From positions 4,588,001 to 4,652,000 of the forward strand of contig CM119384.1 in the NCBI GenBank assembly GCA_051294905.1: 64,000 bases of DNA, written 5' to 3'. The notes below the pieces were generated by a model that saw only the letters and a list, made by a program, of their open reading frames with translations, had not been told where the DNA came from and did not search any database. The stretch's first letter is position 1; the number at the start of each line of letters is the position of its first letter. Shown one piece after another: positions 40,801 to 51,700 of this stretch. Source of the DNA: Botryllus schlosseri. Its lineage: Eukaryota. Made by a program: the position numbers and the translations under genes.

Positions 40801-43800
40801 TGGCATTTGTCCTTTGGGGTTCAGATTGTCAGGCAGGAATATTCGGCACCAGCCATTTAGGCGCCAATGGAAATTAGACAGCGGTCAGCATAAGGGAAGT
40901 CCTTGACGGCCAAGGTTTTCTGGCTGCCAAACTGTTTGGCCCATTTAAACATTATATGTCTTGGTGCGGCGTGGCGCGGTAATGGTCGACGCCGAAATGC
41001 CTATTTGTACATACTCTACAATATAATCGCTAAATCGCGCGTGGCGCGAAAATAATTTGAAAAAGTTGCACAAAGTTTCAAAAAATGCTCTCTAATTTAT
41101 GGTCATTCATGAAAATATTTTGAGCTCCCTTCGAGCTCAGGCCCCGCAATTAAGGGATTTTGGGTGCGGCCGTTTCGGTCCTGGTCGTATGATAAACTAA
41201 TAGGCTACCGTGATATAGGTAAGTTAGTTGGATCACATTTAGGCCTATACCGCTTTACGTAACAAATACACAGGCATTCAACGAAGAATTGAAAAATATT
41301 AAGGATCAAAGTCAGGAGGAAGCAGAAGCTGATGACGCATTGGATTTTTTACGGTTCAGCGTACCAGCGATGTTCAAGTGTGATCCAAAACTTGATGCGG
41401 CTGTGGAAAAAGCGTGCAGTCAAGTAGCTACTGTTGATGGTTCGGTGCCGTGTTGGGTATCAAGGCCTTACGTAAGCTCGACATCACAAATTTCCGATCG
41501 GGACACCTGATTAAGCTATTTTTCTGTATATTATACCAGGAAAAAACGGTTTTGATTCGATACATGAATTGTTTAAGCGCTGTTTGTTTTGTACTGAGTG
41601 CCGTCGAGCTTATTTACATCCCAGTCAGAATGTTTCTAAAAGAAAGAAAAGAACGGTAAGTGTGTGACCTTACGTGTGGGATTCGTTCATATAGTCTACT
41701 TATTTTTAAGATCCATATATTGTATCTGTAGTCTACTTGTCGCGTATTCGATTCCTATAGATATAGATTCTGTGGTTGCATCATTTTATTCCAGATTAGT
41801 ATACGCGTTCATTCGGTATACGCTATCCAGCGCTCCTTTTTAGCGCTCGTACTTCTTGAGCTTTCATTAAATTATTTCGTACCCACTGTCCATTGTCAGG
41901 CCGCCACCAAACGCTATTCTTGAGTCCCAACTCCCAATAGGGTTTTCGACACAACTTCTAATACGGGTTATTCCATCACTACCCTTCATACTTATGATTC
42001 AAGAACGGATGCACTCTTTCCGCATCAAATAAAGCCCGGGATAACGCAATTCACTATCGCAAGATTCATATATTTATTTGTATCAGCCTACCAGGCATTT
42101 GTTGTAGACGTGCAAAGTATGAAAATTGTTTAAAGTTAGTTAGTGAATGAATTATGTCAATAATGTTGGTACTTGAATATGTTGCTATTATCATTTGACC
42201 CTCTCTCCGCCCACATGTGCTCAGATTTCCCGGTAGAGTTGATGGAGTTGATGACTTCTAAAATTTACGCCGCGACATTGTACATCTTAATCCATGTCAC
42301 TGTTCATGACTTTCCTTTCAGTCAGGTAATTGTGAGGCGACAAAGGAACGGAAATGCATATGTTCAAAATCAATATGCAACGCATATGTTTTCGCCAGCT
42401 CCGAGTTATCAGGCGGGAAAGCGGTTCTCCGGCAATCTACCTTCAAGTAAGTGGACGACAACGATCGCATAGATTCGTATCAGAATGTTGTACTATCTGG
42501 TTGACGCGAATATATCCTACTTATTTGTCTGGTACACAGAACAGTCCACTTCAATTTCTCAGGCTGCGGACAATCCGAGGAGACAATCGTTGGTGATATA
42601 CTATCTCGTAAAACTAGGCATATGGGCTTAAAACTAGTAAAAGTGATGCAAATCTATATCGCAAAGCTGCTTTCCCGAACGAAATCTATTGAGTGAAAAC
42701 TAAGTATTTTGTTTCAAAACTCGTGAAGTAGAAGGGTTCTTAAATCACAAAAGTAATCATCATCACAGTAAGTATAGAGGTAGTAAGCACATGATAGGCT
42801 ATTTGAGTATTACGAAAAAGCAGAATCACTTCGTTACTTGCCACCTCTATGGGCTATAGTGCAGAGGTTGGCAACCTATTTGCTAATCACGGCCACATTT
42901 CGATTACTTATGTAGCCTACGGCCGCATTCCAAGGCATAGCCGTAATGAACTAACTGGAAGCAAAATACCTATGTTCAACTGTCCACAGTGTCCAGTGTC
43001 CATGTCCATTTCCGATGACCTCTATGGGCTATTCTACTTTTCATATCGGAGTGGTAATGTGGAAATCGCGAGTGGTAATGTTTTGAATAGTTACCGGGAT
43101 TTGCTATGGTCGCGCCAAGCGCGAAAATTTTTCAAATTCACGAATGGAGTCCGTCATTGATAGTAGCAGTATCACATATTACTGTCAAATATTAATCATT
43201 TCTCGACCCATGTGATCAGATTCAACGGTTGATATGGAATTGATGGCAGGAGTGCTTTCGCAAATTTAGTGCATGTTATAAATGATAGTTCATCTTCGGA
43301 TGGGCCAATTGTTATTAGTAACTTTGATGCATGCTGTTATTTCTTCACCCCGCCCCCATCAGGTTTGTCGGTATAGTGGAAATATATTGGAATCACCCAA
43401 ATGTATCAGAAACAAATTTCTGTCATGAGGAGCACACGACTCCGATTCCGGTTCAGATTTCAAAGGCGCTACTATATTGAAATCGAAAAATGAAGTCACA
43501 TCGCGAAGAAAATCTCTCGAAAATTCGGGAGTGAATTCGTAATTTCAATTGCGATGACTACTTTGGCCTCCTCTGGGTATATGAGACTAAACTTCTTTCT
43601 ATTTCAGATTTCGTATATGCCAATTCTGTGATATCGGAAAGTGTGGAACCTCCTCGATTCACGGTTCCCCATGATGGGATGATTCCTGGAGTAAACAACC
43701 CGCATACGGCGAGCTTATATCCACCCACGATGAACAATATCGCCATGCACAATTTGCACATGCACAACCAAGCCTACGTGCGCTATAATGGAGAACGAGA

Positions 43801-43867
43801 ACAAACCACCCCGCATCCAAACATCGCGCCGTCGGAGTTTAGGTCTGTGAATGACGGCATGGCGTGA
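31840..43867 (+). CDS. Connexin C (gap junction protein), complete, 10 coding exons, 437 aa
   Basis: join(31840-31872,31949-32039,34957-35069,37768-37926,38739-38849,39915-40022,41274-41471,41540-41655,42322-42446,43608-43867) = 1314 nt, open. [31 protein letters not shown]; EL1 [18 protein letters not shown]; [16 protein letters not shown]; CWVSRPYEKT. Intron positions and phases are the same as in connexin B. Confidence 0.93.
35772..36612. mobile_element. hAT MITE (TAGGGTTGCCATA family)
   Basis: TAGGGTTGCCATA...TATGGTAACCCTA; TSD GAATATAC/GAATACAC. Related fragments lie at 1-76 and about 9860-9951 (ends GGACGTATGGTAACCCTA). Confidence 0.8.
36658..36954. mobile_element. Charlie/Buster-like hAT MITE
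   Basis: CAGGGGTGGGCAACC...GGTTGCCCACTACTG; perfect TSD TCCTAGAG. Confidence 0.85.
37206..37620. mobile_element. Truncated copy of the TAGGGCTCTTC MITE
   Basis: Right end GTCATTTTTGAAGAGCCCTA and an internal palindrome, near-identical to 11180-11706 and 60898-61460. Confidence 0.85.
40340..41190. repeat. Dispersed repeat homologous to the interior (about 23570-24345) of the 23335-24507 element
   Basis: Colinear shared blocks, e.g. GAAGCGCGA, ATCTGCTATGTCA, GATGGCATTTGTCCT, ATATGTCTTGGTGCG, TAAATCGCGC. Confidence 0.75.
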
Positions 43868-43911
43868 AGGAATATACGGCCCAAATTCCAAGAATCATCT
43901 TTACGATTCAT

Positions 43912-43917
43912 AATAAA
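43912..43917 (+). promoter_or_regulatory. Candidate polyadenylation signal of connexin C
   Basis: AATAAA 45 nt downstream of the stop codon. Unverified in AT-rich DNA. Confidence 0.35.
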
Positions 43918-44608
43918 AACTGATGCTACTACAGTACGTGATATTCGCGAGAGATTCGGGTGCGTGAGATCAGAACATTGCTGGTGTTCACCGTAGGGCT
44001 TATTCCACGATTATTGTGCACCGAATTGAATATATGCCTTAATAAAAATGCAGAAACTTTGGATATCTTCGAAAAGTTGAGGGGTTTGGGGCAGAAATAT
44101 AAGTGTTGTGGAAAAGAAAAAAAACATACTTTTGATTGATTTCAGGTAGGCCTACATTTTTTATTCGTTTAGCTTGTGCACAAGGTGGGAGTCCCCACAT
44201 TGGTCGCCACCACCCACGATTTGGAGCCGGACTTAACATCTCATGTCTTGCGGCTGTGATACATGAGTGCGAACACCCGTTAAAACTTTCCTAATTGATA
44301 TGTAGTTGAAGAGCTTCTTGGAGGTACAAAACTTCAGTATAAAATTGAATAGTATATTCATATTGAAATGAACCCGGATATTCTCGGCCGACCTCGTCAC
44401 CTTGTTACCAAGCAAATACACGTGATATTATCTTATAGTATATTACTATCAAGGGGCTCCATTCTAGCAACACCGTTATTCGCAAACAACGGAATTGACA
44501 AAACTAGGATTATTGGTCGGTTGAATTCAGTTATACACCCCTAAACCAGTGGCTCTAGCGACGATATAAGTTGGCATATTTCAATTCTTCCTTTGTTATA
44601 GTCGTAAT

Positions 44609-45125
44609 TAGGGCTGGGCAAAATCGAGTACCTGAGTGATTCGATTCTGAATCATGTATTTTGCTTCTAGTCGAGTCGAGTATTCGAGTATCCCTCATTA
44701 TGACGTCATAACAGAATGGAATATGTCAACGTTCAAATATGTACCTTTTATGCCCCCACAAGAATATAACGTCTGTTATCCATCACTGTAAAGATACTTT
44801 GGTAATTTTTCGACCATGCCGATTTCATTGAACTTTGTGGCAATGCTGTGGGATGATCAGTACTTCGCAAATGTGTTATTTCCAGCAACGGTCTATAGCT
44901 TTGTACTATATGTTTCGTATGCTCGGACACGACTAATCAAGGTTTCAATGCTTCTACAGTGGAAATACCATCAATACTATAATCCCCATTGATCAATTCA
45001 CTTTCAGTGACGGGGAGCGTACAATTTCAGTACTCGAAAAAAATCGTCTCTTACTACTCGACTCGAATCATTAAAATTAGTACTCGATTCAGATTCGAAT
45101 ACTCGAATCATTGTGCCCAGCCCTA
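44609..45125. mobile_element. hAT MITE (TAGGGCTGGGCA termini, TCGAATC/TACTCGA repeats)
   Basis: TAGGGCTGGGCA...TGCCCAGCCCTA; perfect TSD GTCGTAAT (44601-44608, 45126-45133). Confidence 0.88.
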
Positions 45126-47049
45126 GTCGTAATCCAGCATTAGCCATGGATATGCGTTGTGAGGAGTACAAGAGATTCAACTGTAAACGCGGTTGTTGGA
45201 ATTTGCTTCATCAGGATTAAATCGCGATTCAGGTTTCTATGGAGGCCAGGGACTTTTTGAGCCAAAGCGGATGCAGCAGTGTGACATCAAATATTTGAAT
45301 TATATTTCGTGACTGTTTTATTCTCCATGCACCTGCGTATAACGGTTTCGCATTGATATTTTCGCTTCTGTGAAAAATTACTTTTTGGTCCATTTGTCCC
45401 CAAATCTCTGACCTCAGTGTTCACATTTTGCCTTTGTGGAATTCGATCTCAATACCAGCGACTTGGTTCCTAATGGTGATTAGAGTGAGACCATAACACC
45501 GCTGTCGGGTGGTTATAATGAACATATTCGGCATTTGCTGTCTTGGGGGATTAATTGATGGAAGAATTTCGTCCTAAGAATCTAAGCATTTGTCAAATAT
45601 GTGTTGAATAATTACGACTATTTTTTCATTTCCTCAAAATTGCTTCGCGGGCCGGATGAAATCGTCTGGCGAATCGAATGCGGCCCGCGGGCCGTATGTT
45701 TGACACCCCTTACCTAGAGTTTTGCTTGTGTCCACACCATATATGACACCACCGGGGCATTACACAATGACCGTTTTATTTATAGAGCGGATTTCACTAC
45801 TCACATATGATAATAATTATTCAATCTACAGAGTACACTGGTATATATCCTATGTCTTTTGTAAAGCCGTCAACAAATACGATGAAAATCTAATTTATTA
45901 TCTTCACATAAATCACTTCCTTGGCCGAGAGCACGATACAGTAAGACACCCCAAAGAACAGATAAACGATAGTAGGTTAGGGCATGAAGCACACGAAATC
46001 AATATTAAAGACAGGAACACATGTAAGTAATGATAAATAATATCAATTGGACAGGACGCCGATTAATTACTATAGTCCTGTATTCTGAAATACACGAACA
46101 TGACAGTGACAGCTGGACGTTTCACGCATGCTTGTACCAAGGTCCCAGGCGGAATATTTGAATTCCTGGGTCTATCATGAATATGCGTGTTACTAATTCA
46201 TTCAGAGGACGACTAGCTTGATTTTTTCACTTATTTTTATTATAAAGGAACTTCGTCGTCTCTATCGTGGAAACATCGAGGTGCGCAGACACCTATATGC
46301 GGTCATGGCCAAAGTCCATCGCCGACCAAATGTCGGATCGTTATATTGAGGAAATAAAATCATTTAACCACGAAATGAGCTTGATATTGATATAGGTAGT
46401 GCATTTCCGGAAAAAATCTTCCACGCATTAATTGATTCAATAATTTTGACGTGCATTTTATGCAACGCAAGCATTAACTCATTATCATTCGACTTGCTAG
46501 TGATGGGGACACCAGACATTAACAGTTCGATGAAATTGTGATAAGTTATCTGACACTTTATCACTTCTGCACAGCATGATAAGCGCCTCATGGGCTGCTC
46601 TTTTTATTATATGCTCTGGTAAGCAGATCTATATTTTTGCGTAAGATCGTGATATCACTCTGCAGATATCTTTGCAGGCATTGCGATGAGGCCGATACTC
46701 GGAGAGTGGAGGTACGTATATGAGATTGATCATTTAAAAGGCCGTTGGGTTTAAGATCAGATTCGTCCTATTTTATTACGTTGATCGTCAGGCGAGTGCA
46801 TAGAGACAACCCAAAAAGGTCATATCGCACAAAAATACACATGGATATGGGTTGTAATGTAATTGATGCGAAGGTATACTAAAAAGGTAGTCAACCGACG
46901 AGTGATCCCCTATTTTCTTGAAGATATCCCGTTATAATGTCTGTTAATGTTCGTTGCCAATAGTGTCCTCTTTCTCGGCTCTCAAAATAGGGTAACCTTC
47001 AATTCGATACCACACCAGTCGCTATACATTCCAATTGGCCACTAGTGAG

Positions 47050-47476
47050 CAGAGATGAGCATGGATTAGGATTAGGTTTTGAATAAACAGGATTTGTGAA
47101 ATTTTGTCGGATTTGGATTGGATTTGGATTAGATATTTTTTTCAGAACGGATTAGGATTTGGATTGGATTTGACTATTTTCTGGGAGATTGAAATGTCGT
47201 GTGGCGAATGGCGACAAACTTTATTCAGATCAGTTATTTATGTACTTATGGTTACTAAGTTATCTTGAATCAAGTGAATCGTTGGTTGTGAAAGAAAATT
47301 TTCGAATCCCTCCATTGCATAAATTAGTATTTTTTCTGAATTTCCAGTTGGAATCGGATTAGGATTGGACATGGACTTAAATATGAAAAAGTTATGGATT
47401 AGGATTTGGATTTGGATTTGAAGGTTCGGATTTGGATTGGATTAGGACATAGAAATTTCAAATCCGCTCATCTCTG
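47050..47476. mobile_element. hAT MITE with GGATTT/GGATTA short repeats
   Basis: CAGAGATGAGC...GCTCATCTCTG; TSD CTAGTGAG at 47042-47049 and, displaced by a later insertion, at 47751-47758. Confidence 0.85.
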
Positions 47477-47480
47477 CTAG

Positions 47481-47746
47481 CAGAGGTGGTCAGTAACGAA
47501 GTACTTCTACTTTTTGAAGTACTTGAAGTAGATTTTGCCTACTCAAACTACTTTTTAAGTAGTTATGATTTTAGACTACTTCTACTTCTACTTGACAGTT
47601 TTTAGTTTTGTAGGCAAAAATAAGCGTAGAATGCCTACTTACTTACTTACTTGTGAACCACCACTCCTACTTCTACTTGAGTAGAAATTCCGGCGTTACT
47701 TCTACTTCTACTTGAGTAGCGACGGTGACTACTTTGACAACCTCTG
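47481..47746. mobile_element. hAT MITE (CAGAGGT family) inserted at the right end of 47050-47476
   Basis: CAGAGGTGGTCAGTA...TACTTTGACAACCTCTG; perfect TSD TCTGCTAG (47473-47480, 47747-47754). Confidence 0.88.
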
Positions 47747-48505
47747 TCTGCTAGTGAGGTCCCATGGAAACATATTAGTGATTAATGCATCCCTACTAGC
47801 GCTAAGCCGCAGATCCAACTTTTACAACCTATTAGATGCTGAAGGTATCTGTCGGTTTAAGAATTTAAAAAAATATTATGCGGTAACCGAACTGAAGACG
47901 AAAAGCTGATATTATATGCATGAAATCCAATCCCTTCACGCCCCATCGGTGCTATTTTCCAAATTCTCGCTATAGCTAATTAAAAATAGGCATCGTTGCT
48001 ATGGCCGTTATAGCAGCGAGAACACGCTGGCATGCAGTAAGTAGGCCTATGTAAATAGCGTCCATAATGCTCAAATTCACGATCAAACATCTTCAGGATA
48101 GAAGACGGTGCATATCGTTCCGACGGTCAAGTGAGAGGTGAGTGGATGTGCTTGGACATGGCATCGTAAATCGATCATAGTGTGTGCTAATTAATATTGA
48201 GATTCAAACATTTAAGTATTGGATTGCGATAAACAGAGGTCGACTACTTACCGACGCGTAGTGGTATTGCTGCTTCAATATTCTATAGTTTGAAGTCTCG
48301 GTATTGGTGTACAATTTATGAATAGTTGAAGAAATTTCCATCAAAACCGCGTGAATATTCGCTGTGTTCTGTAATCGAGAAAATCCATCTTAGGTCGGCG
48401 ACAAATTGATCAAAGAGAGGGTCAGTCAAAGGCGTCACCTGGTTGGTTTGAAAATGGTTCGATACTCTTCATGGATTACATAATGAAACGCTTATTTGTT
48501 CCTAG

Positions 48506-48700
48506 CTGACATATGCAAGCAGCCCGAAATAATAGACAAAGACCGCTACGCGTTCGTGCAGGACTGTATAAACTATTACATATGCATAAATGGCGAACTT
48601 TACCACGACCAATGCCCGTCTGGCCTTGCTTTCGATCCGTCGTCAATGCTATGTGACGATCCGGGTCGTGTGAAGAATTGTTCACATATATCGAACACAA
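48506..48700 (+). CDS. Exon encoding a CBM14 / peritrophin-A chitin-binding domain
   Basis: cctag acceptor and gtgagt donor, phase 1-1. CKQPEIIDKDRYAFVQDCINYYICINGELYHDQCPSGLAFDPSSMLCDDPGRVKNC has six Cys with the C-x5-C and CPxGLxFD hallmarks of CBM14. Confidence 0.9.
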
Positions 48701-51700
48701 GTGAGTTCTAACATTCATATTGATCGATGAATTTGAGGAGTCTAGATCGACAACCCTCGAGACGAGAATTGTGTAATTTTTTGATCACTCGACTTGACCC
48801 GAGTCATTTTCTGAAATATGGAAAGTGACTCAAGTTATGGTAGTCACTTTGTGTATTGACTAATATTGTACTATTGTAGGCTACTACTTTCGGGCTCAAA
48901 TCACATTTTCACTAGAGCTATTACAAGCAAGCCACCGAATTCGAGACCAATGTACACAACACGATTTCAACTCTGAAATTGGCAATATGGTGAAATTACA
49001 TTGGTTTTTGTATTACTGGTTTCTGTGAATAGTAAATTACCCCATAGAGGGGGGCCCCGTGGATATACTCAGCTATCGCAGCTCCCGCAGCTATCGCAGC
49101 TATCACTACTGTGTATATACTCAGCTATCACAGCTACCGCAGCTATCACCAGAAATCGCAGACATACAGGTCATTTAAAGGTCACGTATCGTTTAGGGCG
49201 CAGCTATCAGCTCAGCAGCACGTCTGGGTTCAAATAGTGCGCAGCTATCAGCTCCGGAGCACGCCCGTATGCAAATAGTGCGCAGCTATCAGCTCTGGAG
49301 CATGCCCGGATGCAAATAGTGCGCAGCTATCAGCTCAGGAGCATGCCCGGATGCAAATAGTGCGCAGCTATCAGCTCAGCAGCACGTCTGGGTTCAACTG
49401 GTGCGCAGTAGGGCTGTTCAAAAATAACTTTTTTTCCCGATTCAAGCCGGTCACCTCTTAAATCGTCAGGTTACCCTAAAAAACGACGCGCACCAAATTT
49501 GAATTCATTCCAACCAATATTCGATGGTTACGTGAAGCTTGAAAAATTTGAATTTTCCCAAAAACGCAAAAATTATATATTTCCCAAATTTTTCTGCCAA
49601 CCCCATGAAATTGTTGAGCTATCTTCAAAGACGTTGCTAAACAAATTTGAGTCAATTCCGACCAGTAGAAGCGGAGTTATGTGAGTTTTTCGTTGATAAA
49701 TCGCGGATTATCCACCAATCAAGGATAATCCGAGAAATATCAACGAAAAACTCCAATAACTCCGCTTCTACGGCTTGGAATTGAGTCAAATTTGTTTTGC
49801 ATAGTTTTTGAAGACAGCCCAACAATTTCATGGGGTTGGCAGAAAAATTAGGGAAATAAATTTTTTTGCGTTTTGGGGAAAATTCAAAATTTTCAAGCTC
49901 TACGTAACCATCGAATATTGGTTGGAATGATTTCAAATTTGGTGCGCGTCGTTTTTTAAGGTAACCTAACGATTTAATCACGTAGCCAGGAAGATTCAGC
50001 GAAAAAGGTTATTTTTGAACAGCCCTATTGAAACAAATTTAGATGGTACAATAGCCTACACCACCCATCTACACTTCCGTGAGAATATAAGCGGACTGAC
50101 TATAGTTGTTCGATTTAAATCATACAAAAGGGTTTGTAAAGGTGGGCACTGCGCAACTTAAACATTGAGCCGTCTAAGAAACAGAGACACATGGCTATTA
50201 GATTAATCTACTACTACGGCATCATCATCATCATTAGTTTATTAGCAATTTTATCAGTTCAATACACCACGAAAATGCGATACAATGAAAAAAAAGACAG
50301 GGAGGTGTCGAAGCGACTTGGAGTAGTCTATGGAATTAGACACCAACCTTGGCCTAGGCTAGTGGCTCCCAACCGAGGGGGGGGGGGTTGTTAGGGGGGA
50401 ATGTGGCTTTGGCGTTGTATCGGAAGATACACAGGGTTCACAATGTGTGGCGAAATAGCGCAGTGGTAAACTCCACAACTGCAACACCATAAATGGGTTC
50501 TGGGTTCGAGTCCGACCGAGATCGACTCCCAGAATTCCTATACCTGAGTGTTAGGGTTTATCTAGGCTCCTCCTTGCCATCTCATCCGTGTAAGCGGTGT
50601 CTTATAAAAGCCTATAGAAGTCGGCCGCTACGGAATATAAAAAATGCAGGAAATTGGCCTGGTGTAAATGACCATACTAGTCAACAGTCAACACACACCA
50701 TGAACACCTCAATACAAACCAACTGGGTTCACAAGGTTTTTAGATTTTTATGGTAGAACTGTTATGTAGAAACTAATTCTTTACAACTGTATGTTTCTTT
50801 GGCGGATTTTCAGCTGGGTGTATGTTTAAATGCCTTCCGTAGAAATATACACCCCATGATAAAGTGAGGCTCGCGAGACGATTTTGTTGGGCCCGCGGCA
50901 GCCTCCCGACTAAATTGCTACTAAGCAGGAAAAAGTCAAGCTGAATTCAGCACAAGGTCGCTGGTACCTTTTTTAAGTCAACTTATGTGCTAATGTGAAA
51001 AACATATCAATTTCATCGATTCGACTCAAGGCCATAGCAAGCGGGCTTATAGTGATTTATGCTTCTTCAGCGGCTACCTGACCGGTAAAAAAACAGGTCA
51101 AGTTTAGCTGTACTTTACCACAGTGTAGGGTAGTGTGGTACGCATTCGACATAGTTCGGACATATCTGAATATGATTGTTCAGCGATTGCTCAGTCAACA
51201 ATGGTTGTGCGTTAAAAAGCACCTTTTTTAGCCACAGGCAAATTTTTCGCAGGGGGGAATTTCAACTCAAATATCGGCCAAAGGGGGCCACGAGACGAAA
51301 ATGGTTGGGAACCACTGGCCTAGGCGATGTAAAGAGGAGGCATGAAACACTGAACGAAAAGTAAAGAAGATAGCATAGAAAAAAGAAAGAGTGATTTAAT
51401 AGACAGCGATTACTTAATGACTTGAAATTGACTCGAAAATTTTGCTCAGAGTCACGAGTCAAGTCATGACTCGAGTCATCCCAACCCTGGTCCAGACGTG
51501 CTCTGGAGCTGTTAGCTGCGCACTATTTGAACCCAGACGTGCTCCTGAGCTGATAGCTGCGCTCTATTTCAACCCGAATGTGCTCCGGAGCTGATAGCTG
51601 CGCACTATTTGAACCCAGACATGCTCCTGAGCTGATAGCTGCGCACTATTTGAACCCAGACGTGCTCCTGAGCTGATAACTGCGCACTATTTGAACCCAG

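Noticed and set aside
41800-42000. Possible LINE reverse-transcriptase tail on the minus strand (W-rich frame)
   Set aside because: The frame is interrupted by stops and has no diagnostic motif; it cannot be supported without a profile search.
50191-50394. Hydrophobic ORF resembling a signal peptide (MAIRLIYYYGIIIIISLLAIL)
   Set aside because: It lies downstream of the CBM14 exon and inside the foldback element, and its hydrophobicity comes from an (ATC)n microsatellite.
50447-50520. Possible tRNA-Cys genes here and at 59701
   Set aside because: The acceptor stems do not pair, and the sequences continue into a shared 200-bp body with tail and TSD, so they are SINEs.
50815-50870. Possible extra mucin exon (GCMFKCLP...)
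   Set aside because: The acceptor looks good, but the Cys-containing frame hits a stop (TAG) after 8 codons and the site lies inside a transposon.
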